Under the pieces are notes generated by a model. The model worked only from the letters and a program-made list of their open reading frames with translations, ran no database searches and had not been told where the DNA came from. DNA of 24,317 bases from Escherichia phage CBA6, in sequence record KM389296.1; one strand, given 5' to 3'. The position numbers and the translations under genes are program-made. Shown piece by piece: positions 16,318 through 24,317 of the stretch; position 1 is the first letter of the stretch, and every line of letters begins with the position of its first letter.

Positions 16318-16956
16318 TTAAGGTGTGGGATTGACGACAGGGATGTGAAATCTGATTCCAGCAACGATGTCCTTCAGCTGAGGCTTCCAGCCGTCCACCA
16401 GGCGGGACAACGCATTGGAACCAGGATAGACGATAATGATATCGCTTCCGGTAACATTATGCTGAGGGAATTGTGACATGTATTGCTCCATCGTCACACC
16501 TGTGTCAATCAATACAGGACCAACATCAGAAGATGCATATGTCGCGCCCAGACCGTCAATACCCCATGCCAGAATTCCATAATCGGGAATATTGGCTTCG
16601 GATGTTATGGTGTATCCGAAGATACGATTCAACGCCGAGAAGTCATAGACATTGTGAGCACTATCATATGCCAGATAACCTTTGGCCAACATATCAGCAA
16701 AGATCGCGTCTGTGTCGCCAGCGGCTGGGGTCGGAACGGTAAACAGTAGCTCACCTGCCGGAGGAGTAGGATACGTGCCGAGAGCATAAAGGCACCATGC
16801 GTCGACACATTTCTTGATAAACGCTTCGGGAGCAACATAATCAGCCAGGCGCATCGTTCCAGAATATTCAGAACTGATGATGCCTTCTTTTGCCCCCTGA
16901 ATCGCAATAAACACCATTAAGTGCTCGTATCCGGTCTGAGATGGAGTGATATTCAT
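16318..16956 (-). CDS. Hypothetical protein (212 aa)
   Basis: ATG overlaps the stop of the upstream SLT-like gene by 1 nt (TAATG); no signal peptide; no recognisable motif. Confidence 0.6.
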   Translation of the reverse strand: MNITPSQTGYEHLMVFIAIQGAKEGIISSEYSGTMRLADYVAPEAFIKKCVDAWCLYALGTYPTPPAGELLFTVPTPAAGDTDAIFADMLAKGYLAYDSAHNVYDFSALNRIFGYTITSEANIPDYGILAWGIDGLGATYASSDVGPVLIDTGVTMEQYMSQFPQHNVTGSDIIIVYPGSNALSRLVDGWKPQLKDIVAGIRFHIPVVNPTP

Positions 16957-17573
16957 TATCGGGTCCTCTTGAGTTTCTCAATCGTGCGCTTATTCATGGC
17001 GATCACTCCTGGGTCGACCTTCGGGTTTATTGCCATGCCTTTGAAAGACACACATCGTTGAAGATATTTAGCCTTCTTCACGACATCAGCAGCGTATGAA
17101 TTGGATTTTTGGTTACGACTGAAACCGGCATTGTAAGAGGAGAGCGATTTGCGGATGTTTTGGTTATGATACCCAAGCCAGAAATTCATTTCATCAAGGG
17201 CTGCATTGGCTGCGTACTCTTGATTGACCAGCAATTTAATCGCCACGTTGGCGTAACACTTCTGTGTTTTGCATCCCTCCCGTTTCCCAACGGTTTGGAC
17301 GCGATTTTGGAATGCCCCCATATTAGCCGATTTCAGGTTATTCCGCATGGATACCACATCTTCTCCGGCGCGGCTTTCCCTCCATGATATCGCGGCTAGG
17401 GTGAAACCAAGGTCTTGCTGTTTGCCTATGTGATAGGCAGTGGCCATAGTTGAAAGTTGCTGATCAGAAAATTCGTAATCACATTGGGTGGTACTTTGGG
17501 AAGCGTACACACTCCCGCTGGCAATGGTAAAGGTCACGGACAAGGCCATGGCCTTCAACGTTGTCATCGTCAT
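16956..17573 (-). CDS. Secreted lytic transglycosylase-like protein (SLT domain) with N-terminal signal peptide
   Basis: N-terminus MTMTTLKAMALSVTFTIASGSVYA looks like a Sec signal peptide; SLT family motifs in order: WRESRAG (catalytic E-S), NMGAFQ, SYNAGF, YAADVVKKAKY. Confidence 0.65.
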   Translation of the reverse strand: MTMTTLKAMALSVTFTIASGSVYASQSTTQCDYEFSDQQLSTMATAYHIGKQQDLGFTLAAISWRESRAGEDVVSMRNNLKSANMGAFQNRVQTVGKREGCKTQKCYANVAIKLLVNQEYAANAALDEMNFWLGYHNQNIRKSLSSYNAGFSRNQKSNSYAADVVKKAKYLQRCVSFKGMAINPKVDPGVIAMNKRTIEKLKRTR

Positions 17574-17639
17574 GATGGCGTTCCTTATGTGTTTGTCGAC
17601 TTGCAGCTCGATTGAGCCTCCTGACAGGGTTAAAAGATA

Positions 17640-17665
17640 AAGGGCACTTGATATTTAGTGCCCTT
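17640..17665 (-). terminator. Rho-independent terminator ending the recombination/late-sigma operon
   Basis: Stem AAGGGCACT / AGTGCCCTT with 8-nt loop; on the minus strand followed by TATCTTTTAACC. Confidence 0.6.
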
Positions 17666-17669
17666 CACC

Positions 17670-17954
17670 TTATTCGTAGATCAGATGGTATGATTCCTCA
17701 ATACACTCTATCCAGCCGTAGACAAACTCCATAGGATCGTCCCATGCTGATTTTGATGCCACTATGAAATCCCCTTGGAGGATTTGCATATCTGTGTACT
17801 TGTTGAAACCCAAGACGGCGTCAACAACGATCAACCCACCTTGCTCTAGGTAACGTTTTGGTGTCAATGCTACCTGATGATGTTTATTTCGCTGATTCCA
17901 TAATTCCACAGCGATATCACAAGCAATCTGTATTTCATCTTTCTCTTCTGACAT
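17670..17954 (-). CDS. Hypothetical protein (94 aa)
   Basis: ATG start overlapping the 3' end of the upstream gene by 20 nt; acidic; no recognisable motif. Confidence 0.5.
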   Translation of the reverse strand: MSEEKDEIQIACDIAVELWNQRNKHHQVALTPKRYLEQGGLIVVDAVLGFNKYTDMQILQGDFIVASKSAWDDPMEFVYGWIECIEESYHLIYE

Positions 17955-18264
17955 ATGTTTGTCTCAAATATTCAGTAAAAGATTTACCTAACTTACGGAA
18001 TAGTTTAATACGACCGATCACTTTGACGTAAACATCCCCGTGACAGGGGCGTGGTTTACACCAGCACCCTAGAATCTTTCCGTCCAGTTCAAGGAGTTCA
18101 TCCTCAGTGATTTCCCCTTCAATCAGACGCACATACAAATCGTCTTCGAATAACTCGATACAAACGCCGCGCCCATGGTCTTTGACTTCGAAGTCATTAC
18201 CCCATTTGCCAGGCCGCCCAATGTAGACGTCATATGGCTCCTTCTTGAAGTGGACGACTTTCAC
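17935..18264 (-). CDS. DUF4326-like protein (109 aa)
   Basis: Motifs VYIGRPGKWGN and LGCWCKPRPCHGDV match my recollection of the DUF4326 family; GTG start overlapping the upstream stop (GTGA). Confidence 0.55.
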   Translation of the reverse strand: MKVVHFKKEPYDVYIGRPGKWGNDFEVKDHGRGVCIELFEDDLYVRLIEGEITEDELLELDGKILGCWCKPRPCHGDVYVKVIGRIKLFRKLGKSFTEYLRQTYVRRER

Positions 18265-18569
18265 GACATGTCCTCATAATTCGATAGATTGATCAGGAAA
18301 GACAGATTCCGGTCTTCGACAAGGTCAATTGCCTTGCGACTGCCCACAGCCTCACATGTCCAATACTTGTAATTTCCTGCGATCTTCATCGCCAAACGGA
18401 TAACGCGTTGCTTCATCTGGTACTGGGCGACTTGGTAGCGGACACGCGTCTTCTTGCGCCAGCATTGATTCTCAGCAGTGTACTTGTAGAGGATCATCAG
18501 GCGAACAGCTTTGTACAGGCGCTTTTCAGCGCCCTTGGATTTCTTTGATACACGGATCAGACTTCCCAT
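18261..18569 (-). CDS. Hypothetical basic protein (102 aa)
   Basis: ATG at 18569 two nt after the gp46 stop; the track's 18575 start is TTG. Lys/Arg-rich. Confidence 0.5.
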   Translation of the reverse strand: MGSLIRVSKKSKGAEKRLYKAVRLMILYKYTAENQCWRKKTRVRYQVAQYQMKQRVIRLAMKIAGNYKYWTCEAVGSRKAIDLVEDRNLSFLINLSNYEDMS

Positions 18570-18571
18570 GA

Positions 18572-20905
18572 TCAATCCTTCTTAATCACTTCAGTCATGC
18601 CATTACGCAGACCATAACGGATGTTGTGTTGGAAATACTCTTGGAATTCCTGCTCGCGTTGACTGATAACGAACAGATTGTTCCCGCCAAATTTATGCTT
18701 CAGCATCTCAACCGATTCTTGTACGCCGCGCTCACTCATGTTCTCAAGGATTTCATCTAACACAAACAGGTTACATTGCACCGACGCCTTGAGGTTTGCA
18801 ACATCTCGTAAAGCTAATGTCACAGCCAGGTTCAGGCGACTACGCTGACCAGTAGATAATGAGAAGATGCTTTGCCCTTTACGACCTGCAGCGCTCATGG
18901 TGATTTCAAATGTATCATCAACAGCAATATCCAAGAACATATTGAGTGCTTCAAGATACTCGTTTATTTTACTATTGAGGAAAGGCAAATACAGGCTGAT
19001 AATTCGAGCCTTGGTCTGATCATCTTTTAGGAAGAACAGAAGATGGTTCAGGTCTTGCAATTTCTCATCCAACTCTACGCGCCGCGCATTCAGATCTTCC
19101 ATTAACGCCGTGATGCGAGCGATCTCTTCTTCCAGGGCGTCAGTTGGTGTCGGCTTAACCGCCAATTTACGCTCTAAATCGGCAATGGATGCCTCCAGAG
19201 GGGCACGGCGTGATTTCAGGCTGGTGAGTTTATCAGCCGTGTCGTTGATGCTCTTAGAGAGCTGCTCACGCGCTTGACGGATTGACGTCGTGATATCTTC
19301 ATAACGGGTGTCTACGGCCTTGAGGACGTCGTTAATTTTGGACTGTTGTTCCCGCTGTAAAGATGTTTTCTCAACAGCTGCCACATCATAGAATCCTTGG
19401 ATGTCGCGTTTTAATGCAGCGATCGCAGATTCCGCTTCTCGGATTTCATTGCGCAAAGCATCCAGTTCTTTGTCAACAACCGAAATCTGAGAAGATAATT
19501 CTGAATCTTTGACGTTGTAATTCTCAATCAGGGAATTAACTTCTTCTAGGGCTGTGTCAACCTGAAGAATCTTGTCAGTCAGTTCACTGATTTGTGGATA
19601 ATATTGACTTTCAATGCGTGATTTGGTATCGTCCGACACTAATTGCGTACACGTAGGGCAAGTGCCCATATCGTGGAAACGTTTGATGGCAGATTCATGT
19701 CCTTCCATTTCTGTTACGAATTTGATACGGAAGTTCTCACCCTGCTGACGCCGCGCTAATGCTTTGTTCAGTTCATCCAGGTTAGCATTCCGTTGGCTGA
19801 CCAGATCATTTTTACGTTCCGCGACTACCGCCATTCTCTCCCGAATTTCTTGTAATGAACGTTCGCCATCAGACACCTCGATACGTTCATAGTCTTCAGC
19901 CTTGGTATCAGCCTCATCCTGAACCGCTTGAATTTTGGCAAAATACTCGTCATTGATGGAATCGATATCCACCTTCATTTCAGCGTTCAGGCGATTACGG
20001 ACTTCTGATAATTCTGATTCCAATTTAGAGTCTTGAGCACGGGACTCTGTCAGTTGTTCCTGCACTGCGCCGATATCTGAATTCAGGCTATTCAGACGTT
20101 CCTTCTCTTGGACAAGGATATCCGCAGATTGTTGCTGAATCATCGCATTGGAATTATTGATCTGTTCCAACTGCGCTTGCTGGCCTTTTAGATTCACATC
20201 ATGAAAGGCGTAATCATTGGTGACCGTCGTGAGTTCGTTCGTTACCGCCTTGATAGATGCTTTAACATCCTCATTCATCAGGCTGAAGAAACCCAAGTCC
20301 CAAATTGTTTCAACCATGGCGCGGCGGTCAGCAGTATACATCTCTGTGAAAGGAATAAACTTCTCCTTGCCCAGAACCAAAGAGTTCTCGAACATCTTCT
20401 GGTCCACGCCGATGAGATTCACGATGTACTTGTTCATATCAGCTTTGGCCGCATCGTTCACGACTTGCTTCCACTCTCCTTCCACCATCTGATAAACTTC
20501 TACAAAATCTGGTTTGATACCCCGACGGACTTTCCATTCACTACCGCGAGTTGAGAACTCAACTTCACCCACGCATTCCTTTTTGTTTTGAGAGTTAACC
20601 AATCCGGCTTTCTTCTCTTTCTTGCTGTACGTGTCGTTGTACAGAACGAAGAACAGCAGCCAGACAAGCATGGTGGATTTACCAGCGCCATTGTCATCGG
20701 ATGTAACCAAGGTTGCCGAATTGCGTTGGTAATCAATTTCCATGAATTCATTACCGATAGAACGAAAGTTCTTAGCGCGACCACGATGGAAAGTCAGTTT
20801 GTGAGTAATTTCCCCACGGATTTCAAATGGTGCTTCAACAATAACAGGAGCGTCCGCTTCTTTCAACAGCGAACCAAATTTTGATAATAGATCTACGTTG
20901 CTCAT
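18572..20905 (-). CDS. Recombination endonuclease ATPase subunit (T4 gp46 / Rad50 / SbcC-like), 777 aa
   Basis: Walker A DNGAGKST, long coiled-coil, zinc hook CPTC, ABC signature LSTGQRSR, Walker B LFVLDEILE. Confidence 0.9.
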   Translation of the reverse strand: MSNVDLLSKFGSLLKEADAPVIVEAPFEIRGEITHKLTFHRGRAKNFRSIGNEFMEIDYQRNSATLVTSDDNGAGKSTMLVWLLFFVLYNDTYSKKEKKAGLVNSQNKKECVGEVEFSTRGSEWKVRRGIKPDFVEVYQMVEGEWKQVVNDAAKADMNKYIVNLIGVDQKMFENSLVLGKEKFIPFTEMYTADRRAMVETIWDLGFFSLMNEDVKASIKAVTNELTTVTNDYAFHDVNLKGQQAQLEQINNSNAMIQQQSADILVQEKERLNSLNSDIGAVQEQLTESRAQDSKLESELSEVRNRLNAEMKVDIDSINDEYFAKIQAVQDEADTKAEDYERIEVSDGERSLQEIRERMAVVAERKNDLVSQRNANLDELNKALARRQQGENFRIKFVTEMEGHESAIKRFHDMGTCPTCTQLVSDDTKSRIESQYYPQISELTDKILQVDTALEEVNSLIENYNVKDSELSSQISVVDKELDALRNEIREAESAIAALKRDIQGFYDVAAVEKTSLQREQQSKINDVLKAVDTRYEDITTSIRQAREQLSKSINDTADKLTSLKSRRAPLEASIADLERKLAVKPTPTDALEEEIARITALMEDLNARRVELDEKLQDLNHLLFFLKDDQTKARIISLYLPFLNSKINEYLEALNMFLDIAVDDTFEITMSAAGRKGQSIFSLSTGQRSRLNLAVTLALRDVANLKASVQCNLFVLDEILENMSERGVQESVEMLKHKFGGNNLFVISQREQEFQEYFQHNIRYGLRNGMTEVIKKD

Positions 20906-20907
20906 TA

Positions 20908-22023
20908 TTATGCATCCAATGTGTTCAGGCGTTGTTGGGCAGCATTATAGAATTGTTCTGCTAATTTGCAAACATTTTCAGGGCGCTGGATATTATTGGC
21001 GGCGCGGATATCTTTCTTTAGGACTTCCACAGCATCAGTCGCCACCATCTCTTCAGTGACTTCTACCTTCTCAGACGAGACTGTGATAGTCCGATCTATA
21101 AAGTTGTAATCGATGCATTTACAGCGCTTCAGCGCGTCGCAGAACTTTTCATAATGCTTGGCATTATCGCGGTTCTGTACAATCACTTTAACGATTTGCC
21201 CTTCAATACCCAAACCATTGTTTAGCCAATCTGGGTCAATCCAGTTTCCTTCGGTGTCGGAAGACATTTGGGTGTAGTCGTATTCGATGAATCGGAACAA
21301 CGTTTGTTGCTCGTTGTTGGGAATAAACAATTCCCCGCCTTTCATGTCGTCTACATAGAATCCTCGGTTCGTCCCGTCTTTATGGTCTTCCCAGGTAAGG
21401 TGATAAGGAGTCCCAATATACTGAATGTTACCTTCCATCGAACGGGTATGGAAATGTCCGGTATCCACGCGCTCGAACTTGGAAAGGAGCGCCAAGTCGA
21501 TCTGACCTTTATCACATACAGAGGACTGGTACATTTTGAACCCTGCCAACTCCAGATGCGCAAAACAGTACTTGGCGTCTGTATCTTGTATCGCTTTAAC
21601 AGATGCATCATAATTCTCTTTATTGATCCATGGGAGAAGCAATACCTTTTCGCCTTCAATCGAAACTTCAGTGGGTTCACTGTAATAATGATAGACGTCT
21701 GGCGCTAATTCATTCAGATAGGATGGCCAGTTGATACGGTTAGATTCTTCTAAGGTGATATCATGGTTTCCAACGATGCCATTCCATTTGATACCCGCCT
21801 TTCTCAGGGCTGGAGTCAGTTCATCTTTCAACCAATCTTTGTCGCGCCCGTACATAAATTTACGAACATCAAATGTGTCGCCGAATTGCCAAACTTCTTT
21901 AATGTCTGCATCTACCAATTCGGGAATAAAATAGTTGATGAGATAATTCTTTATGAATTCACGAACGTAACGGGAACCATTGCGGCTCCCGATGTGTAAA
22001 TCGCCAATTTTAGCAATCGCCAT
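20908..22023 (-). CDS. Recombination nuclease subunit (T4 gp47 / Mre11 / SbcD-like), 371 aa
   Basis: Calcineurin-like phosphoesterase motifs (IGDLHIG, GDTFD, GNHD, GHFH). The track's 22038 start is TTG; ATG 22023 has a GGAG Shine-Dalgarno. Confidence 0.9.
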   Translation of the reverse strand: MAIAKIGDLHIGSRNGSRYVREFIKNYLINYFIPELVDADIKEVWQFGDTFDVRKFMYGRDKDWLKDELTPALRKAGIKWNGIVGNHDITLEESNRINWPSYLNELAPDVYHYYSEPTEVSIEGEKVLLLPWINKENYDASVKAIQDTDAKYCFAHLELAGFKMYQSSVCDKGQIDLALLSKFERVDTGHFHTRSMEGNIQYIGTPYHLTWEDHKDGTNRGFYVDDMKGGELFIPNNEQQTLFRFIEYDYTQMSSDTEGNWIDPDWLNNGLGIEGQIVKVIVQNRDNAKHYEKFCDALKRCKCIDYNFIDRTITVSSEKVEVTEEMVATDAVEVLKKDIRAANNIQRPENVCKLAEQFYNAAQQRLNTLDA

Positions 22024-22780
22024 TATTCTTTTCTCCAACTGATTCGGCTAACAATGTGGGGCTGTCCATTATATCTTCAAGACTAAATTGAGTAGAGCCG
22101 AAGTCATTATCTGAATTATCTTCGGCGTCAGCGGTAATGGTATTTTCACTCTTCGTAAGACATTGAAGTATACCGCGAGGGATTTTCTTATTCTTTTCCT
22201 CTTCTTTGATAGCCGTTTGTTTTTGGCGTTCCTTTTCACGCTGGGCTTCTTTCTTATTTTCGAAATTACCGATGCGTTCACGAAAGTCCATCGTTATCCC
22301 AGTGCTATCAACGAAGGTTTGTTGTTGGAAGTCTGGGTCATCCGATAAAGCTGCGAACCCACCTGCTTCTTCAAAGGAACGCAATTTAATATAGTTGTGT
22401 TCTTCTTCACTCGTGAGTTTCTTGGCGAATGAGCGATCAGCACACATAGTCACCCAAGAGAAGAAGTTGATCTTTCCTTTCTTGCCGATATGGCTAACAT
22501 CAAAGGTGTGAAGGTAACGAAGGATGTTCACAACCGCTTCACTCACCATGTCTTCACGATATGGATAATCACGGTAGTTGTAGCGCATACTCATATTCTT
22601 GATTATCATCTGAACATTCATGGCCACATAATTGGGGATTCTTGGTAGGGGTGTTCCTTCGGCTAATGCCTTTTTACGAGCAGGGATCCAATCACGCAAT
22701 ATCCCCACAACTCGATCGTTATCTTCGTCAGTGAAATATTTGGTGACGTTATCACCCCTGTCTACAAAATTCATACCCAT
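22010..22780 (-). CDS. Late-transcription sigma factor (T4 gp55-like) with extended charged C-terminus
   Basis: Collinear with recalled T4 gp55 (ILRDWI; YVAMNVQMIIKNMSMRYNYRDY...LHTFD; NFFSWVTMCADRSFAKKL); position next to gp47/gp46 as in T4. The track's 22795 start is TTG; ATG 22780 has a GAGGA Shine-Dalgarno. Confidence 0.7.
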   Translation of the reverse strand: MGMNFVDRGDNVTKYFTDEDNDRVVGILRDWIPARKKALAEGTPLPRIPNYVAMNVQMIIKNMSMRYNYRDYPYREDMVSEAVVNILRYLHTFDVSHIGKKGKINFFSWVTMCADRSFAKKLTSEEEHNYIKLRSFEEAGGFAALSDDPDFQQQTFVDSTGITMDFRERIGNFENKKEAQREKERQKQTAIKEEEKNKKIPRGILQCLTKSENTITADAEDNSDNDFGSTQFSLEDIMDSPTLLAESVGEKNNGDC

Positions 22781-22791
22781 CGTGATAATCC

Positions 22792-23319
22792 TCAAATACC
22801 AATGAATTCATTGAAAGAACCAACAACCTTTCTGACCAGGAAACGATTATTTTCAAGAACCATCGAGCTATTTTCTTTGGCTCTGACGCTCCACTGATCT
22901 GCGATTTCGTTGCCGATATTCCCCGCATGACCTTTCACCCATTTTAATTCAAGTTCACAAATTGAACAAACTTTGTCATAATAATTGAACAATTCGAGTA
23001 GGAGTTCTGTGTTCTTAGGCGGCATCCCTTCATATTCCCATTTTCTACGCCACTCCAAAACACTATTGATAACATATTGGCTATCGGATATAATACGGGC
23101 TGGGGGAATACAGCGTTCACCGCAATTCGAGAATTTCCATAGAATCTTCAAGGCGTTTATAACCCCAAGCAACTCAGCGATATTATTCGTTGACGGTGGG
23201 GGTAAATACCCATAAAACACTTTCCATTGCTCTCCAGTGATTGGACTGATAGCAAATGCCCAACCTGCGGCTTGTGTCTTCTGCGGGGAAGATGCCCCGT
23301 CAGTGTATATTTCAATCAT
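22792..23319 (-). CDS. rnhA: Ribonuclease HI (bacterial RnhA-type)
   Basis: Catalytic motifs IYTDGA, NNIAELLGVINAL, SDSQYVINSV, WVKGHAGNIGNEIAD. The track's 23334 start is TTG; first ATG is 23319. Confidence 0.8.
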   Translation of the reverse strand: MIEIYTDGASSPQKTQAAGWAFAISPITGEQWKVFYGYLPPPSTNNIAELLGVINALKILWKFSNCGERCIPPARIISDSQYVINSVLEWRRKWEYEGMPPKNTELLLELFNYYDKVCSICELELKWVKGHAGNIGNEIADQWSVRAKENSSMVLENNRFLVRKVVGSFNEFIGI

Positions 23320-23361
23320 GTATAAGTATCCCAAACTGGTTTTATCGATGAGGAACGAATC

Positions 23362-24129
23362 ATGTCAGAACGCGCATATCGTTTCAGTCTGACCGCCCCA
23401 GAAATTGAGCGTTTGCTCTTGTCTATAAATGATTCCATACAAAAGCTGGACATCGTTTATGACTACACGGCGGGTGGGACTGAAGGTCAAGTCGCAGCTG
23501 CGTCAGCTGTCAAAAACATGTGGCTAAAACTCAATGAGATGGTCACAGGTGAAGGTCTTAAAGACGCAATCAATGCAGCTAACGACAGCAACGTATTCAC
23601 CGATTATTATAAGTCTATTTTAGATCGCGAAACCTGGAAATTTATTGGTTCTCCAGCTGATTTATTAGCACGTGATGATATAGACACTTCTAATTTTGAA
23701 GGCGGTGAAGTAATCCTTCTGCAAAAGAACGCTTCGGGTAATCCAGAATTCCAATACTGGAAGAGAACTCCCGTGGCGGGAGGAGATCCAACATTTGGTT
23801 GGGCTTCAGTATATGAGGGCAATTCCAACGACTCTGCTATTGATATCCCTGTTGTCGGAACCAGCATACTGAAAACAATCCCAAAAGCATTGTTCCATAT
23901 GATAGAATTCCGAGTACATGCTCATGAATCCACGTTAGGCCATTGGCAGGATACTGATGGTAAAGTCGGATACCGTGGTGAAGATTTGATATACAGCCTG
24001 TACAACCACGTTCAGACTAAACCAATAGCAAATATATCTTTCAGCCAAGATGTGGATAATATGATCATCACGATAACGACACTTGAACCAAATATCAAGT
24101 GCCATTTATCGTTTATTGCAGGTTATTAA
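23362..24129 (+). CDS. Hypothetical protein (255 aa)
   Basis: ATG with GAGGAA Shine-Dalgarno 6 nt upstream; only plus-strand gene in the right half; stop overlaps the convergent minus gene; no recognisable motif. Confidence 0.6.
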   Translation: MSERAYRFSLTAPEIERLLLSINDSIQKLDIVYDYTAGGTEGQVAAASAVKNMWLKLNEMVTGEGLKDAINAANDSNVFTDYYKSILDRETWKFIGSPADLLARDDIDTSNFEGGEVILLQKNASGNPEFQYWKRTPVAGGDPTFGWASVYEGNSNDSAIDIPVVGTSILKTIPKALFHMIEFRVHAHESTLGHWQDTDGKVGYRGEDLIYSLYNHVQTKPIANISFSQDVDNMIITITTLEPNIKCHLSFIAGY

Positions 24130-24317
24130 ACTTCAAATACTGCATCGGTGAACCAGGTTGGGAAGAACTCTGGGTTGCGCATCATAAGAGATTCAAAGGA
24201 AGAATCGATTATGTATGTTGCAGCCCAGTCATCCACACCCCTGACCGAACGTCCGCACATCTGAACAATGCGCAATACTGCGTTGCGGAAGTACGCAGAC
24301 GGATCCACTGAATTAAT
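24126..24317 (-). CDS. C-terminal fragment of an SF2 helicase-like protein (DinG/XPD-type motif VI), truncated by window edge
   Basis: QMCGRSVRGVDDWAATYIIDSSF resembles helicase motif VI (QxxGRxxR...D); the ORF runs to the window edge. Confidence 0.4.
   Translation of the reverse strand: MNSVDPSAYFRNAVLRIVQMCGRSVRGVDDWAATYIIDSSFESLMMRNPEFFPTWFTDAVFEV

Noticed and set aside
23421-23438. TATAAATG late-promoter-like sequence
   Set aside because: Inside the 255-aa plus-strand ORF with no in-frame start shortly downstream; no evidence it is a functional promoter.
1-24317. tRNA genes, CRISPR repeats, transposase or integrase
   Set aside because: No cloverleaf-like or T-arm consensus stretches, no direct-repeat/spacer array, and no recombinase motifs noticed on reading the sequence and ORF translations.

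Overview
This window reads as a segment of a T4-like (Straboviridae-type) myophage genome, called from motifs and gene order alone with no database search. Almost everything is on the minus strand; only a baseplate pair (gp5-like hub, gp25-like wedge) at the left end and one orphan gene at the right end are on the plus strand. Recognisable modules, left to right: baseplate hub with a cysteine-peptidase (CHAP/NlpC-P60-like) domain plus gp25; NrdH-like redoxin, NrdB and NrdA (uninterrupted) and PhoH; a PG-binding-domain endolysin; gp61-like primase coupled to a nuclease-like gene; a block of seven unrecognised genes (about 11.9-17.7 kb), each punctuated by its own hairpin, including a 906-aa orphan and a secreted SLT-type lytic transglycosylase; then a tightly overlapping operon of RNase HI, gp55-like late sigma factor, gp47 (Mre11-like), gp46 (Rad50-like) and three small genes including a DUF4326-like protein. 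The ORF track uses GTG/TTG starts in several places, so I re-set those starts to the first in-frame ATG with a Shine-Dalgarno. The most promising candidates for something undescribed are the 906-aa monocistronic gene and the terminator-punctuated orphan block around it; I could not assign them a function. No tRNA, CRISPR array or transposase was seen.
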